DNA of 61,496 nucleotides, filler included, from Choristocarpus tenellus KU-1152 (taxonomy: Eukaryota; Protista; Phaeophyceae): assembly GCA_964200185.2 (NCBI GenBank). It is 13 parts of 13 records of this genome, joined end to end, with 100 filler letters (N's around TTAATTAATTAA, not from the genome) between each part and the next. Parts side by side here need not be neighbours in the genome. Positions count along the whole stretch, not along the records: positions 37,099 to 42,796 come from CAXNAD020009975.1; positions 42,897 to 45,900 come from CAXNAD020023007.1; positions 46,001 to 50,965 come from CAXNAD020012349.1; positions 51,066 to 54,398 come from CAXNAD020020742.1; 9 more parts are not named here. The stretch is one strand, 5' to 3'. The notes beneath the pieces were generated by a model. The model ran no database searches and was not told the origin of the DNA. It worked only from the letters and a program-made list of their open reading frames with translations. Position numbers and translations under genes: made by a program. This document shows positions 39,369 to 51,425 of the stretch, piece by piece (positions within the stretch are counted from its first letter, which is position 1; each line of letters starts with the position of its first letter).

Positions 39369-39994
39369 ATGACAGTTGCTCCCACAGCAAGGGGATGGCT
39401 TTTGTCGCCTGCGCCGCCCCCTGCGTTGCCCCCTCATCAGTCCGTCAACAATGATGCGCTGGAGCTTTCTGCCAATGACGCTTCAGCAACCGGCGCCAAG
39501 CTTCAAACAGCCGATTTCAAAAATTGAGGATGGAGCTTTTCATTGAGGATGGGCTTGACCCAAAATTGACTGGGATAAAGTGTCGATATGTTTTAATATA
39601 AAGCCCATCCTCAATGATTAGCTCCATCCTCAATTATTGAAATCGGCTGTTTTCACCGAGAATTGGCTCAACCCATCCCGGTCAACGAACAGGGTGACTG
39701 CTGCAAGCGCTTAGCCTGTGGGAAGAAGTTTGCGGCAGATAGCGAGTCCTTCCTTGCACGCATGTTGGCCAAAGAGCAGGACATCATCCGGGCGTGTGAG
39801 GACTGCCGTGATCGCAAGCACTTCGTTGGGGACCGTGTACCTGTCATTAAGTTGGGGCCTGGAGGCGGATCTATGCTTGCGGCCGGCATTCCCGTTTGTA
39901 CACAGTTTTTCAAGGCATTGCTCGGAATATCCAATCATGTCATCGACGCTTGCAAAGGTAAACCTAACGCAAGAGCATCCTCTGGCGTGGAGAC
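39369..39994 (+). pseudogene. First exon of a Sola-type (DUF7869-like) transposase, interrupted by MITE C
   Basis: Removing 39506-39655 gives an open frame MTVAP...AKLHRELAQPIPVNEQGDCCKRLACGKKF...PVCTQFFKALLGISNHVID...GVE(T). CC...C and VC..FF..LLGIS are typical of the N-terminus of these transposases. The phase-2 donor at 39995 matches the phase-2 acceptor of exon 21096. Confidence 0.65.
39506..39651. mobile_element. MITE family C (TIR AACAGCCGATTTCAAAAATTGAGGATGG)
   Basis: Long TIRs; 4-bp TSD TTCA; second copy at 46972-47102. Confidence 0.9.
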
Positions 39995-40008
39995 GTGGGT
40001 TTGATGTA

Positions 40009-42796
40009 TGTTGTCAAGATTATGCTTGACCATTTGTGAGAATATGATCTGAAGTATTATTTTATTTTATGTACGCGCAGAAGATAATGCGGAACATTCG
40101 GGATATTTAGGGTTAGGGTATTTGACCAGAAGTAATCGGCGGACTATTAGAGTCGGAGTGTTTCTGACGTGTACTAGAGATACGTTGAGTCATTTGGTAT
40201 TCTGAGTCATTAAGTGTAAGGACTGGTGAGCCCCACCTAGTGAAGGTATCTCACTCTCTTCTTAACTGTGGTACAAGTTAATAAACAATAATATAACTAG
40301 TTGTGTGGGACAACAGATCGCCAAGGACAGCTTAACATGCTATAGCACCCTATTAAGCGCGCTTGATTAGTTATTATATTTTGATTTCAGCTATCACCAG
40401 GAAGGAGTCAAGATAAATCATGATGCCCAGATCAAGAATCGATCCCAGTCTTAACTCCATAGATGACGGAATGGATGAAATGACTATGACCCGGGAGGGG
40501 GATGTGATACATGATGGGACATCAGCTTCGCAAGGGGGCGAGGCTAGGGCTGGGGCAAATGATACGGTGGCCATGGGGGCTAGACCCGTATTCGCCCGAA
40601 ATTGAAACAGTACTCTTCGAAACAACCTGCGTTTAAGGGGGAACCAGGGACGTGGAGGAAATGGAGCAAAACGTTTCTCATGCACTCTCTCTCTCATCGG
40701 AATGGAGGGATGCATTAGTGACTAAAGAACATTTGAGGGTACTGTCATTGGAGTATTCCTCGGCGGGTGTGGATCCGTATCTGCACCATGCGACTACATA
40801 TGCTATCAATGGACTGCAGGAGGCAACGGCAGGACCAGCGTTGGACATTGTGCTGACGTACGAGTCACCGAGTAAGGCATTTGCCGCACTGATGAAGAAC
40901 TATGCACATTCAGGTCAGACTGAGAGAAATCTGGTGAAGAGGCAACTTATGGACATGGTACTAGAACCTGGAGGAGATCCTGCGACCATCATTAACCGGC
41001 AGGAGGCTCTCCTAATGGAGTTGAAGAGCTTGGGAGGTACCGTCTCGGAGGAAGATCGAGTGGGGTAGCTTCAAAATTCACTCGGCGAGGAATATCTGGA
41101 CATCATGTCACAGATTGATGACGAAGATTCGGTGGAAGGAAGGAATAAGTTGGAACGATCGGTCTTAAAAAGATATAGACTGCGATCTATCCAAAGAGGA
41201 TCGGATTCGGCGGGGGTGAGAGCTGGCGCACTGGTAGCTGGACATCAATCCAGACGAAATGGTGGACAACTCAACTGCTGGGAATGTGGTGGACCTCACT
41301 TTCGGTCTAAGTGTCCTCTCATCAAGAATCAGAAGGGGAGGGATGGGGGTATTACATGTTTTGTATGCGGTGAAAAGGGACATCAAAGCTTCGAATGTCC
41401 ACAAAGAAAATTGGGAGCGTCAAGAGGTCAGGAATCTTCGAACATCCAGAAGAAGAAAAATCGGTTGGGGGGGAATGGTTCTAAGAACAAGGGAAGCGGA
41501 CCAAAGTTGGATGGATCTGGCGATGGACAACCGAGACTGGCGGGATTTTCAGTAACCAATCAAGTGAGTTATCTTGCTAGTAAGGTAAAATCACTTCCTT
41601 TCAAGAGACCATCATGAGTTGAGGTTTGGATTTGGGACAGTGGCGCCACACATAATTTTACGACGACCAATAAGAATATGTTTAATTGGGAATCTTGTGT
41701 TGGTACAGTTGAAGTTGGCGGTGGTGGAACACTTAACATTGTGGGCAAGGGGGACATCCAATTGGAATGTGTTCTGAGTGGTAAACTGGAAACTGTGGTG
41801 TTTACAAACGTACTTGTGGTGCCTGATCTTGGTGTGAACTTGTATTCTGCCAAGGCTTGCATGCGAGATGGACATAGTTTCCGGTCTATTGACTCCACCA
41901 GAATATCGACTTTCAAGGACAACGGGGAAAGAAATCTCACCTTCACATCATTGGGGGAGGAGGAATTATTCTCCCTGGGAATGCGTAGAGTGGGTGTGAG
42001 GAACAGCTCTGATACTACTAATGTCCCTACATCTGATGCAACGTCTGGCAAACCAAGAATTCACCTAACCCGGAAAAATGCATCAATGGACATCAATGAG
42101 CTTCATGTACGACTAGGCCATGTTCACCAGGGGATGGTTCGGAAATACGCCGCTAGTCAGAATATCTTACTGACTGGGACTTGGGGACCATTTTGTCGAG
42201 GTTGCTCACTCGGAAAAGGACATCGGCATCCAATACGAAAGGAGACTGACAATCGGGCCTCGGAGAAGGGGGGGCGCGTGTTTGTGGACTTAACGGGACC
42301 AAAAGAACATCCTAGTAAGGGGAAGGGGTACTACTATGCAATGTTCGTGGTGGATGACTTCACTCGAATGAGTTTCGGGTACTACTTAAGGACCAAAAGT
42401 GATCAAACAACATCGTCAGCATTTGAGAGATTCCTGATCGACGTGGCGAAGCCTGCTGCGATAGAGATCAAAGCTGTGCGGACGGACTGTGGGACGGAAT
42501 TTACTGGGGCTGCTTTTGAGTCGACGCTGGAGAAGTACGGTATTCGACACGAGCACACTGTACCTGGTGCACCTCAGTACAATGGAGTGGTTGAAAGAAG
42601 AATAGCAGTGGTTTGGGAAAAGTCACTTGTACTGCGATATGGTGCGAGACTGGAGAAAGATGGGACCTTGTGGGCAGAGGCGATGTCACATGCAAATGAT
42701 CTTACCAACATGGCACCTACATCTGCAAATACTGAAGGGGTAACACCATGGGAACTATGGCACGGACTTCCTGCAGATGTGACCCAAATTCCGATT
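40009..42796 (+). mobile_element. Ty1/Copia 5' part: LTR 40009-40337, gag with two CCHC knuckles, protease, GAG-pre-integrase, integrase. Inserted 14 nt into transposase intron 1.
   Basis: TG..CA LTR; CWECGGPHFRSKC and CFVCGEKGHQSFEC; WIWDSGATHNF; LHVRLGH..CRGC; FVVDDFTR, VRTDCGTEF, PQYNGVVERR. Confidence 0.93.
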
Positions 42797-43035
42797 NNNN
42801 NNNNNNNNNNNNNNNNNNNNNNNNNNNNNNNNNNNNNNNNTTAATTAATTAANNNNNNNNNNNNNNNNNNNNNNNNNNNNNNNNNNNNNNNNNNNNGGGG
42901 GGGGGGGGCTCTACTGGATCCCTTGTCAGCGCTCTGTGGTACTTGTCATCAACTTGTCACTTGAATATTTATCTGCCCCTTTGGAGAGGGTTAGACATCC
43001 AAATGCATGTTTGCATACCTATACATAGAGCTGTA

Positions 43036-43160
43036 TATCGTATACATGCTTGTGTCGTAAGTGCTTGTAGTAGCTAGGTATGCAATTGAGGGATTCCACT
43101 ATCGTATACATACTTGTGTCGTAAGTGCTTGTAGTAGCTAGGTATGCAAGTGAGGGATTC
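43036..43160 (+). repeat. ~64-bp tandem duplication
   Basis: TATCGTATACAT.CTTGTGTCGTAAGTGCTTGTAGTAGCTAGGTATGCAA.TGAGGGATTC twice. Confidence 0.85.
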
Positions 43161-43467
43161 TACCGTTAGGGTTAATGTTGACAAACACTAACCAACTTCG
43201 AAATCGTTGCTACTGCTGTACAGTACAACTAGTCCAAGGAACACAAGTTGCACTTGAAATTCAAAGTATTGACAACAACCCATCTGCCCCCCCGCTTTAT
43301 CATGGATGAGCTCACTGACCTTGCTGCTCATTGCCGAGAATTTCTCAACTCCACAATACTCTGCTAGTACTAGTCACAGTATACTTCATATTTGCTAAAC
43401 TCATATGAAGGGGTTCCCATTGCAGTAAACAATGTACCATTGCAGTAAACAGCATATTTTCAAGTAC

Positions 43468-44965
43468 CTGAAGAGTAACCAAATGTTCGGTCTCCAACAA
43501 TAACTGGTGAGTCCGTGGCCTCTATCTCCAAGCTGCCTCTTACAGTTTTCACACTTCTGTTATGAAACACTTGCAGCTGATTGGTACACCTGGAGGGGAA
43601 AACAAAAAATAAAACTATTTCAAGTCTATTTCTATGTTGTGGGGTCCAACTGCTTGTAGTGGTAGAGAGAGTCACCTCCATACAGGAAGCCCCATCTTGA
43701 AAGGGCTACCACTTTCTCAACTTTATATGCATATTCAAATAGGAAAAAACGATGCATTGACCCTGCCTGTAACAAAAAAAGATTGAAGTAACCCTCACCC
43801 CACTGTCTATCCTAGAGGACACTGCTGCACAAGAATGTTCTGACCTAGACCTCCGCAGTCCAATCTCTAACCAGGCAAACCTCTACGCTAACCAAGAAAC
43901 AGCCTAGGGGGTTGAAAAAAAAAAAAAACGGACTTGAGCATTCATACATACATACATACATACATACATACAGACTAATACAACTTACATGAAGTCGCAT
44001 GGATCTCCTCTTGAAACAGTCCACTTCGACCTGCGACAAAACAACACGAGCATGGAAGGCGGTACCATGTAGGGGGTTGGAGATGAGGTCCAGGTGGGGT
44101 ACTCCAAGGAAAACATGCATGTGAAGAGAGTACTAACGCAGAGCTACAGCTTGGTCGTAAATTGCACCCTCTTTGCTCATCGAGGTTTCCAATTTCGTGC
44201 GGTGTTCTTCTGATCCAAGCAGAATGGTTCAGGAGAGGAGAGGGGATATCGATGGAGTTTCTAACTAGAATCTCCATCGATATCACCAATCAACCCAACA
44301 CCTGTGTTTCAGGAGGGGGCGCAACCAATACAAAATCTTTGGCTCAATCCACGTCTCCAACTCGTTGCAATCTTTGCTGAGTCGACACGATGCGTGCTTT
44401 TGAAGCCGGTGTTAAGTTACATGTAAAAAAAATGAACTAACGTAAATGTATATGTATATATATATATATATATATTTATTTATTTATTTATTTTTTCTAC
44501 ACACAAGAGAGGGAGTGGGACTGATCTTGCGAGCGGCAAGACCATTGCTGCCCTCTCTGTAGCATGCTACAAACACAAAAAGCAGGGCAAATTCTCAGCC
44601 TAAAGGGCACCTGATGTTGCGAAATTTGCACCAAAGCACGAACACGAACACGATCACCAGCGTCGCTTCACACCTACATAATAACCCTAACCCTAACCCC
44701 ACGACTTGATACTCCTCCCACCCTCATGCACTACCACAATGAACTGGGTTTTGTGTGAAGAGCACCGAAGCCAAGATCCTCCACCGAGCTCAGTGGCACA
44801 ATAATATGGGCCCCATCCACAATATACTCACGTATCCGTTGCGTCAAACATGTCCTCAAAGGTCAAAATGGCGTCAGTCACATAGTTAAACCCCTCCGGA
44901 GGTGTGTAAGGGGGAGGCGAGTATTCTTGCTGCAGTTCCGTCTGGTATACCCTAACGTAGTCCAC
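43468..44965 (-). CDS. Glycoside hydrolase family 16 (laminarinase-like) protein with tandem GH16 domains, internal exons 44965-44832, 44030-43989, 43589-43468
   Basis: Spliced VDYVRVYQ...LTFEDMFDATD(T)|SKWTVSRGDPCDF(M)|CTNQLQVFHNRSVKTVRGSLEIEA...GYSSG. The GH16 C-terminal motif is followed by GH16 N-terminal motifs, and phases are consistent. Confidence 0.8.
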
Positions 44966-45217
44966 CTGGGCAAATCATCGAAGGCATGATTAATCAGACT
45001 GCTTTGTGGTTGTTGTGTTTGGTAGAATAAGGAGGGTATTCATAATTGACTTCAGGGGTCGCGGATCACGTTGTAAGTTCTCGGAAACAACCTGTTCACA
45101 ATCGACAGGAGAGGTATCCCTAGCATGGATAAACCAGTGCGCATGAGGTCTCACTTCAAATCTGATTAGTGTTAGGGCTTGCTCTGTGATGACAGGCGCC
45201 TATTGTTGTCCCAAACA

Positions 45218-45485
45218 GAGCCATATACCAACTGAGAGGTAGACAGATTCGGACCCTTTTGCACCCTCTAAGTCATCTTTCTTGCCCTGTGCAGTAATGT
45301 CTATTTTGATTCTTTATGCACATAATAGTGTACACGAAATTGGTACTCCCCCATTCCACACATACAAAGCGGCATTACAATTCAGCAAAGGCTCTTTCTG
45401 GATTTGTACGACACGGCAATGTTTTTGCCCTTTCTCATTATCCTTAAAATGCAACCCTAACCCTATCTCTAAGTTGGTTTGACTC
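45218..45485 (+). mobile_element. MITE family D (TIR GAGTCAAACCAACTGAGAGGTAG). Degenerate copies at ~52279-52532 and ~55641-55800.
   Basis: GAG...CTC termini, 4-bp TSD AACA, shared interior among the three copies. Confidence 0.8.
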
Positions 45486-46000
45486 AACAGGTACAGCAGA
45501 GAACAGGGTCGCTTTGATGTGAGTCGAGTCTGGCTTTTAATACTATTCCCTCTGCTTCAAAAATATTGGCAACCACCTCAGTAGTACGTAATGTGTGCGC
45601 AAGTAGGTTCATACCAGAACAATTCTGCTGGGAGTCCCACAACACTCTCTTGATAAGCACATACAAACACACTAACAAAGCGCAGAGTTCATTGAACCAA
45701 CCAAGCATCTAAACAGGGGGAAGCGCTTTTGAGTTACTTTGAAGTGTGATGCATTTCCTCCACGTACATTAAAAATGTGACTCAAAGTGTCTGTGTGGGG
45801 GGGGGGGGGGGGGGGGGGGGGGTGGTATGGGGAGGGGGGTGGGTAGGGGGGGGGGTGGGGATATGGGGGGGGTGGTGGGTTTTAAAAAAAAAAAAAAAAA
45901 NNNNNNNNNNNNNNNNNNNNNNNNNNNNNNNNNNNNNNNNNNNNTTAATTAATTAANNNNNNNNNNNNNNNNNNNNNNNNNNNNNNNNNNNNNNNNNNNN

Positions 46001-46064
46001 CGGTGATTCTCTTCGCCACCCTTGCCTGAGTGAACCACGCCGCCACAGAATCACACGATTCACA
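46001..46064 (+). repeat. 3' end of an LTR from the 31716-31936 Gypsy family
   Basis: TCTTCGCCACCCTTG.CTGAGTGAACCACGCCGCCACAGAATCACA.GATTCACA. Confidence 0.8.
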
Positions 46065-46971
46065 TATAACATAGTGGTGAATGTAACGAATGGATTAGTA
46101 TCTTTCGCATTAATGGCATTTTATTTCTTTAGGACTTACACCGAAAAATAATGTGTATAGTTTTCATTGGTTTCCCCCCTGACACATCTGCAAAATGTCA
46201 GAGGGGATAATAATAAAAATACAATAACAAAGAAAAAGTCAATATAATAAAGGTAGATCATACCACACCAACTATAGTTCCACAAAATAGAACTAAATCA
46301 AGAACTATATCTAAACCTTTTCTGTATTATTTGTCTCGGATATTTCTAAATGTATTGAACTGAGCCGATTAAACTGTCACGGTTCATAACATCCCGTCCT
46401 CGTTGCTTGTTGTGTGTCAATTAAAAATTATGTACTACTACTGCCCGTCATTGTGCCTTGTTCACTGTATGGCACACTCAATGGTTACTTGTTGCAGTGA
46501 CTGCTCGATGAACAAACCACACGAGTGTCACTTACCGACGAGGAATTTTCCTCTGTACGGCACCATGTGTAAGGAATGTTGCTGAGAGAGGAAGTAGTGA
46601 CGTGCACGAAGGAACTACCATCTCGCAGAACCATCACTGTTACATTTTTTTCACTTCTTCAACGAAGGCTACTAGGGGTATTTTTCATACAGAATTCATA
46701 GTTAATATTGCTGAGGCTCAACGTAATCTGTTGACGTGAATTCTTAATATACAAATTATCCAAAGAAATTTCAATATTTAAAAATTGCAAACGATCGTGG
46801 GCTCAGTTCTCTCTCTTTTGAAGCCAAAAATGAAACGTCACGTAAAATTGCTCGCCCATAGGAGGAATCAATATTTCAAACTGAATACTGACCACGTACA
46901 TACATGCATGTATGAATATGCATTTAGATGACATAGTCGTAAGTCTCCAAGAAGTAAGAAAGTTACCATCT

Positions 46972-47102
46972 AACAGCCGATTTCAAAAATTGAGGATGGA
47001 GCTTTTCATTGAGGATGGGCATGACCCAAAATTGACTGGGATAAAGTGTCGATATGTTTTTTTTTGTATTGTCCCCATCCTCAATTTTTGAAATCGGCTG
47101 TT
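46972..47102. mobile_element. MITE family C copy
   Basis: AACAGCCGATTTCAAAAATTGAGGATGG / CCATCCTCAATTTTTGAAATCGGCTGTT; 4-bp TSD ATCT. Confidence 0.9.
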
Positions 47103-48408
47103 ATCTGAATTGTTCGCAACATAAAACAATTCGCAAATCGATGTCTACAGTCCAAGAGAGAGAGAGATGAAGAGGCACGGGTACTGCAACAAACCCGACC
47201 ATAACATGTCACGATGCGTAATATGGTGTACTACAATACAAAGAACAGCAAAGGTTAGATACCAGAGTTTTGTTCCCAACCTTGCTCTGTCCGCCCTCCA
47301 CACGTACCGGGTGGGGCGGGTCAAAACATGCTTGGAAGTGGTCCGTTCGTGAAAATTTGACAGGAAGCTGGAGGTTCGTTCGTAATTGAAATGGAGGAAA
47401 GCAGATGGTAGGACAAACAGGAAGAAGCCAAAGAAAGCAGTCGCCACATCCAAAAAACACACCCAACCTATTGATCAATCAAACCAGAAAAATGTCAACG
47501 AGAGGGGATGGTCCCTACATCGGACTTGATAGATTACGTACAAAATCGCCATAGAAACAAAACAAAAAATACGGTTAGATACAGGTGCTTGTAGATGCCT
47601 TCCCAACCATGGAAGCCTAAAGAGCACTCTTTGATGAAGTCTGCTTACTACAATATACTTTTAGGTGGATGACACACCATTATCAACTTGAAAGTATCAC
47701 TCTTTATTATGATTATTATTAATAATATTCGTACTATCTCATGTCATCATTGGACGAACAATGTGAGGGTGAGCGACAAGTCAAGTACGAAAGTCAAGGC
47801 AATCTTAATAATATTCTTAATATTTCATCTCTGAGTGTACATGAAAACCAGTTGAGTTTTTTGGGGACAGTAAAGTAACCATACCGAGACTTTCTTGGAT
47901 CAGCGTTTAACCTATGGGGCGCTCTGGCTATCTATGAGGTCCTCCCTAACCCCAACCCTAACCCTTGTCACTATTAAATAATCACAATATCATTAACACA
48001 CAGAGCATGGCTAACCCTTTTCAAGGAGTCCCTGTCACAATTAATCACATTGCACTACTGCACAAAAAAGTAGGTGAAAAAACGAAAACAAATATTTAAT
48101 GGGTACCACTGAATGCTGTCAAGCACTTGTTGAAACAATGATGGGGTTCCACAGAAATATATTAATAGTCCTGAAGATTACCAAATATCTCTGTGTTGAA
48201 TCCTTTCCCAACAGGCAGTACTTCACTCGAGGACCACTCTGATGGTGCTTCTGCCGCACCAACACACCTCTCCCAAAGGTGAAAGACAAGCAGATGGATC
48301 TATGTGATAGATATTGTCATTTACCAAGGGTGTTGAACTAACTCCACAGTGTGTGGGTGCTGCTCTTTACCACCTCTCAAACTGTCTTCAAGGAACAGTT
48401 CTGTGTTG

Positions 48409-50855
48409 CTACCGCCAAGCCCTCTCCGTCAACATCATCAGCACTTTACGTGGAATCTACAGTTGTCCCCAGCGATCGAACAATTCCCCCGCCAACAGGC
48501 ACAGTGGAGGAAATGGTAAAGGGGGTCCGGTCCACAACAAGCAGCAACAGCAAACAAACAAAATCCAAACAGGTAGAGAGGGTCAGGAGTGGCCTTCTTG
48601 TTAGTAATGCCTCCTGTTATTATTACCCATTCATAGTACTAGATATAACAACAAAGGTGAAGTAAACTACTCATACTATTACGCACACGCTCGGAGTATA
48701 TGGTATTCGTAATCTCCCTCCCGGCTACAATAACATCCAAAATCGATAACATATTATTATTATTATTAATAGTAATAATACGTAACTACTACTTGTTTTT
48801 ATCATACAGATACTACGATATGTTTGTTGTTTACAGCAAGGGGGAATCCCAATGGAGAGAGTCGACTCAGAGGACAGAAAAAAAGAAACAAGAGGAAGTT
48901 TTGTACCCCTACCGACATTGTGAACTTCCTCAAAATCTCAAGACCTTGTTGTATCTCCCCCATGGACACACAAGCAGAGAATGACTGAGGTATTAAAGAG
49001 GAACAAACTCCACAACATTTGATGGGCAACGCTTGAGGGGGGCCACTGGGGCACTAAGCACTGCAGCTGGAAGGGGAGGAAGGGGCGTATGACGTACAGG
49101 ACAACTGACACCCCACAACTAGAAATAGCCCCTGGGATATGCTACACTGGTTCGGTTACAAGCACGTATGCAACGATAAAGGAACTCCACCCGCCTTAAC
49201 ATCTAATACACAAACCCTCACTTACCAGGGTGTAGGAATGAAAAATATTACAGTAGTGTAGAAAATGAGAATAAAAGAAGAAAAATCTAATTGGAGGTAG
49301 GGTTCAACTACACACATATATATCAATGACCATAAGCACGACTAGATAGATAACTTTCTCAATTCAGCATCGGTTTGAACAGCTCGTAGAGAAGGAAATA
49401 TATCACATTGGGAAGGCGTTTCTCACAGCTTCAGCAACGGGGTGGTGTAGAATCGTTACACCAAATCGGCTTTCACTGGTAAGGGTTAGGGTATCCACAC
49501 AACAATATATATATATATTGTACGACTTCCCCCCCCCCTAAAATAGCAACAAATAATCCGATACGCCTACCTTCTGCATTCACAGCCTCCCCTGCGAGCT
49601 GTGCTCGAGCCGATGCTGAGAAGAGGAAACACATCTTTTCCAAGATTTTTTTTTTTTGAGGGGTCCAGGATACCACCTACCTTTTTGCAATATATATATG
49701 TATATTTGTAATTGTTATGTATCACTACCCCGACTTGATATTCCTAATGACCTTGGAATAAACGGATAGTTCAGCAAGAAGTTCAATGGATATCAACTTC
49801 ACTACTAGCCTACATTAAGAGAGTGTTACACAATATTTACCTCTACCAATCATTGCCGTCAGCACCTCTAGGTCACATGCTATGATACATTCTATGCTAG
49901 CAACATTCATCACTTCAGATCACACACATCCCACACTGGAACAGGGAGACCTCCATCCACCCATTTGCCCCCGAGGTGACGAAGAGGTCATGAAGTCAAG
50001 AGATCGGGGGATGTTAACAATCAGGAAATTAGCATCTGGGTTAGCACAGTGTGGCAGCAGGCGGCATCTGGGAGAGTTGGGGGTGGGGCATGGTGGGCTC
50101 ACCAACGGTGACAAGACATGCACGTAGAGCTTGTTTGGCCATCCAGGTACCACCAAACGATCTCCCCTAAGCATTGCTTCAACACTTTGACCAGCCACCT
50201 TAGAGGGAAAAAATAAATAAATCAGAATCCAACGGAGAGAGAGAGAGAGAGAGAGAGAGCAGAGAGGCATTGTAATCCAGACAATTAAAAAAAAAGAAGA
50301 TAAATATTTCCACCAATCCATTACAGTTACATTCGTTTGTTTTTTTGTACTAGATACAGCAGTACAACCCGATCACATCCTGAGAACACAAATAAAAAAA
50401 GTTAACCAGGATCGGGGAAAAGACCGATCGAATCAGGGGCGCCAGACAAAAATCCATCCACATGCCTTCCAACGCAGCACCAATGTTTTACCTACCCACC
50501 CCATATACTGCCCCTCTCTAACGCCTTAAATAGGGTTAGGGATGGGGACCGGACCAGTCTAGTACTGCTGCGCTTCGTACTGTCACCTCACCCAACCCAT
50601 CAACTAAAGGAGAATCGATTCCATCCCCCCCCCCTGCACCCTTGTTTCCTTCCCAATTCTCTCTCTCTCTGTGTGTGTGTGTGTCATGCAAAGTGCCATA
50701 CCTCATCTGCCTCCATTGTCAGCAGAGATACTCGCCACACTAGAGCCTTCGAAGAATTGGAAGCTTCCATGAAATTGGTTCTAGTTGCTCCTGGCATTGA
50801 ACACGTCACCCCCACCCCATGCACTTCTAGCTCACTGTGAAGGGCCTCGGTGAAG
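48409..50855 (-). CDS. Short-chain dehydrogenase/reductase, last three exons 50855-50702, 50198-50103, 48456-48409
   Basis: FTEALHSELEVHGVGVTCSMPGATRTNF...MEADE|VAGQSVEAMLRGDRLVVPGWPNKLYVHVLSPL|IPRKVLMMLTERAWR*; classical SDR C-terminal half. Confidence 0.85.
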
Positions 50856-51096
50856 CTGCAACAAACACAGGTAATATATATATAATATATATATTGTGGG
50901 ACAGGGGGGGGGGGGAATTGGTTTATTTGTACTGCTGGCAATGGGGGGGAGTTGACAATGACATGNNNNNNNNNNNNNNNNNNNNNNNNNNNNNNNNNNN
51001 NNNNNNNNNTTAATTAATTAANNNNNNNNNNNNNNNNNNNNNNNNNNNNNNNNNNNNNNNNNNNNCTCCCAGATACTTTGAGCCTGGTCATCAGAG

Positions 51097-51425
51097 GTGG
51101 GGGGGGACTGGAAATCAGGGGCGAATGGATCGCACTGGTTGGTCATCTCATAGGGGGGGTGACTGGAAATCAGGGGTGAATGGATCGCACTGGTTGGTCA
51201 TCTCATGGGGGGAGTGACTGGAAATCAGTGATGAAAGGGGTCGCATTGGTTGGTCATCAAATGGGTGGGGTGACTGAAAATCAGTGACGAAAGGGGTCGC
51301 ATTGGTTGGTCATCAAATGGGTGAGGTGAATGGAAATCAGTGACGAAAGGGGTTTGCACTGGTTGATCATCTCATGGGGGGTAAATAGGAAACCAGTGGC
51401 GAAGGGGTCGCAATGGGCTGGTCAG
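51097..51425 (+). repeat. ~54-bp minisatellite, about 6 diverged units
   Basis: Unit GGGGTGACTGGAAATCAG.G..GAA.GG.TCGCA.TGGTTGGTCATC.AT. Confidence 0.9.

Noticed and set aside
41615-41617. Programmed stop read-through between Copia gag and protease
   Set aside because: The same element has another in-frame stop at 41066 and a frameshift near 40605, so ordinary decay explains it.
51097-51425. CRISPR array
   Set aside because: Whole units are repeated with no unique spacers, there are no cas genes, and the context is eukaryotic.
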